A stretch of 62,430 bases of DNA, filler included, from an uncultured Myxococcia bacterium (GTDB taxonomy: Bacteria > CAZTWC01), in assembly GCA_964617105.1 (NCBI GenBank). It is 8 parts of 8 records of this genome, joined end to end, with 100 filler letters (N's around TTAATTAATTAA, not from the genome) between each part and the next. Parts side by side here need not be neighbours in the genome. Positions count along the whole stretch, not along the records: positions 54,927 to 62,430 come from CAZTWC010000178.1; 7 more parts are not named here. One strand, 5' to 3'. The position numbers and the translations under genes were made by a program. How positions within the stretch are numbered: the first letter of the stretch is position 1; each line of letters begins with the position of its first letter. Under the pieces are notes generated by a model. The model was not told where the DNA came from, did no database searches, and saw nothing but the letters and a program-made list of their open reading frames with translations. Of the stretch, positions 60,510 to 62,430 are shown one piece after another.

Positions 60510-61514
60510 ATGGCAGTAAAAGTAGGAATAAATGGTTTTGGTAGAATCGGACGTTGTTTTCTTAGAGGACTAAAAGAGGAAGATGGCCTGGATGTTGTGG
60601 CTATCAACGATATTACTAATCCACAAACCTTGACTCATCTGTTCAAATATGACTCTGTTCACGGAGTTTTTCCCGGAAAGGCAGAAGTTACCGAAAAGGG
60701 GATTAGTGTAGATGGCAAAGAGATCGCTATTTATGCCTGCAAAGACCCCGCCGAACTGCCCTGGAAAGAGTTGGGCGTAGACGTGGTGGTCGAAAGTACC
60801 GGCCTTTTTAGAGATAGAGATGGTGCTGGCAAACACTTGTCTGCAGGGGCAAAAAAAGTAGTAATCAGCGCCCCGGGAAAAGATATTGATCTTACCGTCG
60901 CCATGGGGATAAACATGGAGATGTATGACCCGGAAAAACATCACCTCATCTCTGGTGCTTCATGTACTACTAATTGCTTGGCTCCAGTGGTAAAGGTGCT
61001 ATTAGAAAAATTTGGGATCGAAAAGGGATTGATGACTACCATCCATTCCTACACAAATGGCCAGCGGATTTTAGATACACCTCACAAGGATCTTCGTAGG
61101 GCCAGAGCAGCCGCTATGTCTATGATCCCAACCACCACCGGTGCAGCCAAAGCAGTAAGCCTGGTATTGCCAGCGGTAAAAGGCAAATTAGATGGGGGCG
61201 CCATTAGGGTACCCACTCCCAATGTATCGCTGGTTGATTTAACAGTTATTTTGTCCAAAGATACTACCACAGAGGAACTCAATGCTGCTATGGAAGAATA
61301 TGCCAATGGCCAACTTAAGGGTATTCTGGGGTACTGTCCGGAGCCTTTGGTGTCCATCGATTTTATGGGCAGTAATTACTCCTCTATATTCGATGCTCTC
61401 TCCACCACCGTCTTGGGAGGCAACTTCGCCAAAGTGATGTCGTGGTATGACAATGAGTGGGGATATGCCATGCGTCTCAAAGATGTATCCAAGTATGTGG
61501 CCCAGCGGCTATAG
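60510..61514 (+). CDS. gap: Glyceraldehyde-3-phosphate dehydrogenase
   Basis: INGFGRIGR, ASCTTNCLAP and WYDNEWGY; real start ATG 60510 after GGAGG. Confidence 0.97.
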   Translation: MAVKVGINGFGRIGRCFLRGLKEEDGLDVVAINDITNPQTLTHLFKYDSVHGVFPGKAEVTEKGISVDGKEIAIYACKDPAELPWKELGVDVVVESTGLFRDRDGAGKHLSAGAKKVVISAPGKDIDLTVAMGINMEMYDPEKHHLISGASCTTNCLAPVVKVLLEKFGIEKGLMTTIHSYTNGQRILDTPHKDLRRARAAAMSMIPTTTGAAKAVSLVLPAVKGKLDGGAIRVPTPNVSLVDLTVILSKDTTTEELNAAMEEYANGQLKGILGYCPEPLVSIDFMGSNYSSIFDALSTTVLGGNFAKVMSWYDNEWGYAMRLKDVSKYVAQRL

Positions 61515-61536
61515 AAGAGAATAGATAAGCCAATCC

Positions 61537-61569
61537 AGCCGGTACCATAGTTAGTGCCGGCTTTTTTTT
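61537..61569 (+). terminator. Rho-independent terminator between gap and pgk
   Basis: AGCCGGTAC / GTGCCGGCT stem followed by T8. Confidence 0.75.
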
Positions 61570-61584
61570 ATTGGAGGGTAAAAA

Positions 61585-62430
61585 ATGGATATTCCTCATA
61601 TAAAAGATATTGATATTGCTGATAAAAGGGTTTTTATAAGAGTTGATTTCAATGTACCTCTAACCGATGACGGCCAAGTTAGAGATGATACCCGGATTAG
61701 GGCGGCTTTACCTACCATAAAATATGCTGTTGAGCAAAGAGCCAAGGTGATTTTAGCCTCTCATCTGGGCCGACCTAAAGGCAAAAGAAACGAAAAAATG
61801 AGCCTGGAACCTGCTGCCGCTCGGTTGGCGGAACTGTTGGACCGGGAAATTAAATTTGCCGATGATTGTGTTGGGATGGCGGTAAAAAAATTGGCGACCG
61901 AGATGAGAGCGACGGATATTTTGCTGTTGGAGAATTTACGGTATCATAGCCAGGAGCAGGATAACGATGATCTTTTTTCTCGTCAATTAGCGGAAAATGT
62001 TGATGTTTATATTACCGATGCTTTTGGCACTTTGCACCGCCAACATGCCTCTACCTATGGGATGGTAAAGTATTGCCGCCAGAAAGGGGCAGGATTCCTG
62101 GTGCACCGGGAGGTTGAGGCTCTCTCCATGATTCTGGAAAAACCGGAGCGGCCTTTTGTGGCAATACTTGGCGGCGCCAAGGTAGCAGACAAGATCGGGG
62201 TGTTGAATAGCCTGGTCAGTAAGGTAGATAACATTCTTATTGGCGGTGCTATGTCATATACCTTTTTAAAAGCAAATGGTAATCAGGTGGGCACATCTTT
62301 GTATGAGAGCGGTAAAATGCAGGTGGCTGCCAATATCATCAGTTTGTCCAAAAAAGAGAAGGTAGAGATTATGCTGCCCCAAGATCACCTGGTGGTTGAT
62401 GATATCGATATAGCACGAACGGTGATGTGT
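61585..62430 (+). CDS. pgk: Phosphoglycerate kinase (runs off window end)
   Basis: Not in the ORF track. [46 protein letters not shown] and LGGAKV.DKI. Confidence 0.96.
   Translation, partial: MDIPHIKDIDIADKRVFIRVDFNVPLTDDGQVRDDTRIRAALPTIKYAVEQRAKVILASHLGRPKGKRNEKMSLEPAAARLAELLDREIKFADDCVGMAVKKLATEMRATDILLLENLRYHSQEQDNDDLFSRQLAENVDVYITDAFGTLHRQHASTYGMVKYCRQKGAGFLVHREVEALSMILEKPERPFVAILGGAKVADKIGVLNSLVSKVDNILIGGAMSYTFLKANGNQVGTSLYESGKMQVAANIISLSKKEKVEIMLPQDHLVVDDIDIARTVMC

Overview
This window is not one locus. It is eight contigs of about 7.5-7.9 kb, in decreasing length, joined by artificial 100-bp linkers (44 N + TTAATTAATTAA + 44 N), as in a concatenated metagenome-assembled genome. Gene neighbourhoods only mean something within a contig. 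Contigs A-F and H look like a moderately AT-rich deltaproteobacterial/Myxococcota-like bacterium (inference from Cys-rich and DAG-motif lipoproteins and a MYXO-CTERM-like tail). Contig G (47313-54826) may come from a different organism. A: FadL-type barrel, two Cys-rich lipoproteins, rlmKL, acyl-CoA dehydrogenase with a FadR/YsiA-like box. B: repeat lipoprotein, motAB, fliJ, TPR protein, glgP. C: split LKR/SDH pair, a 1327-aa Cys-rich protein with three copies of an unrecognised domain, a DRG-type GTPase and the rtcB 3' end. D: mobBA, a decayed IS200, and napA with tetraheme cytochromes and an NrfC/NrfD-like module. E: radical SAM, pseB, DUF4175-like protein, TPR metallopeptidase, DUF4912, GH57. 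F: saccharopine dehydrogenase-like gene, a frameshifted GPI-PLD-like Zn phospholipase, an excisionase-HTH/HEPN fusion, nfo. G: purH, tsaC, caspase-fold lipoprotein, GT2, amidohydrolase, HD protein. H: psd, iscU, mtaB, rnc, gap, pgk. Best novelty candidates: the orphan HTH-HEPN fusion with an R-to-H active-site change, the triplicated unknown domain, the anchored GPI-PLD-like enzyme and the Cys-rich lipoprotein/FadL operon. No rRNA, tRNA or CRISPR array was seen. All family calls are by-eye motif recognition, not database searches.
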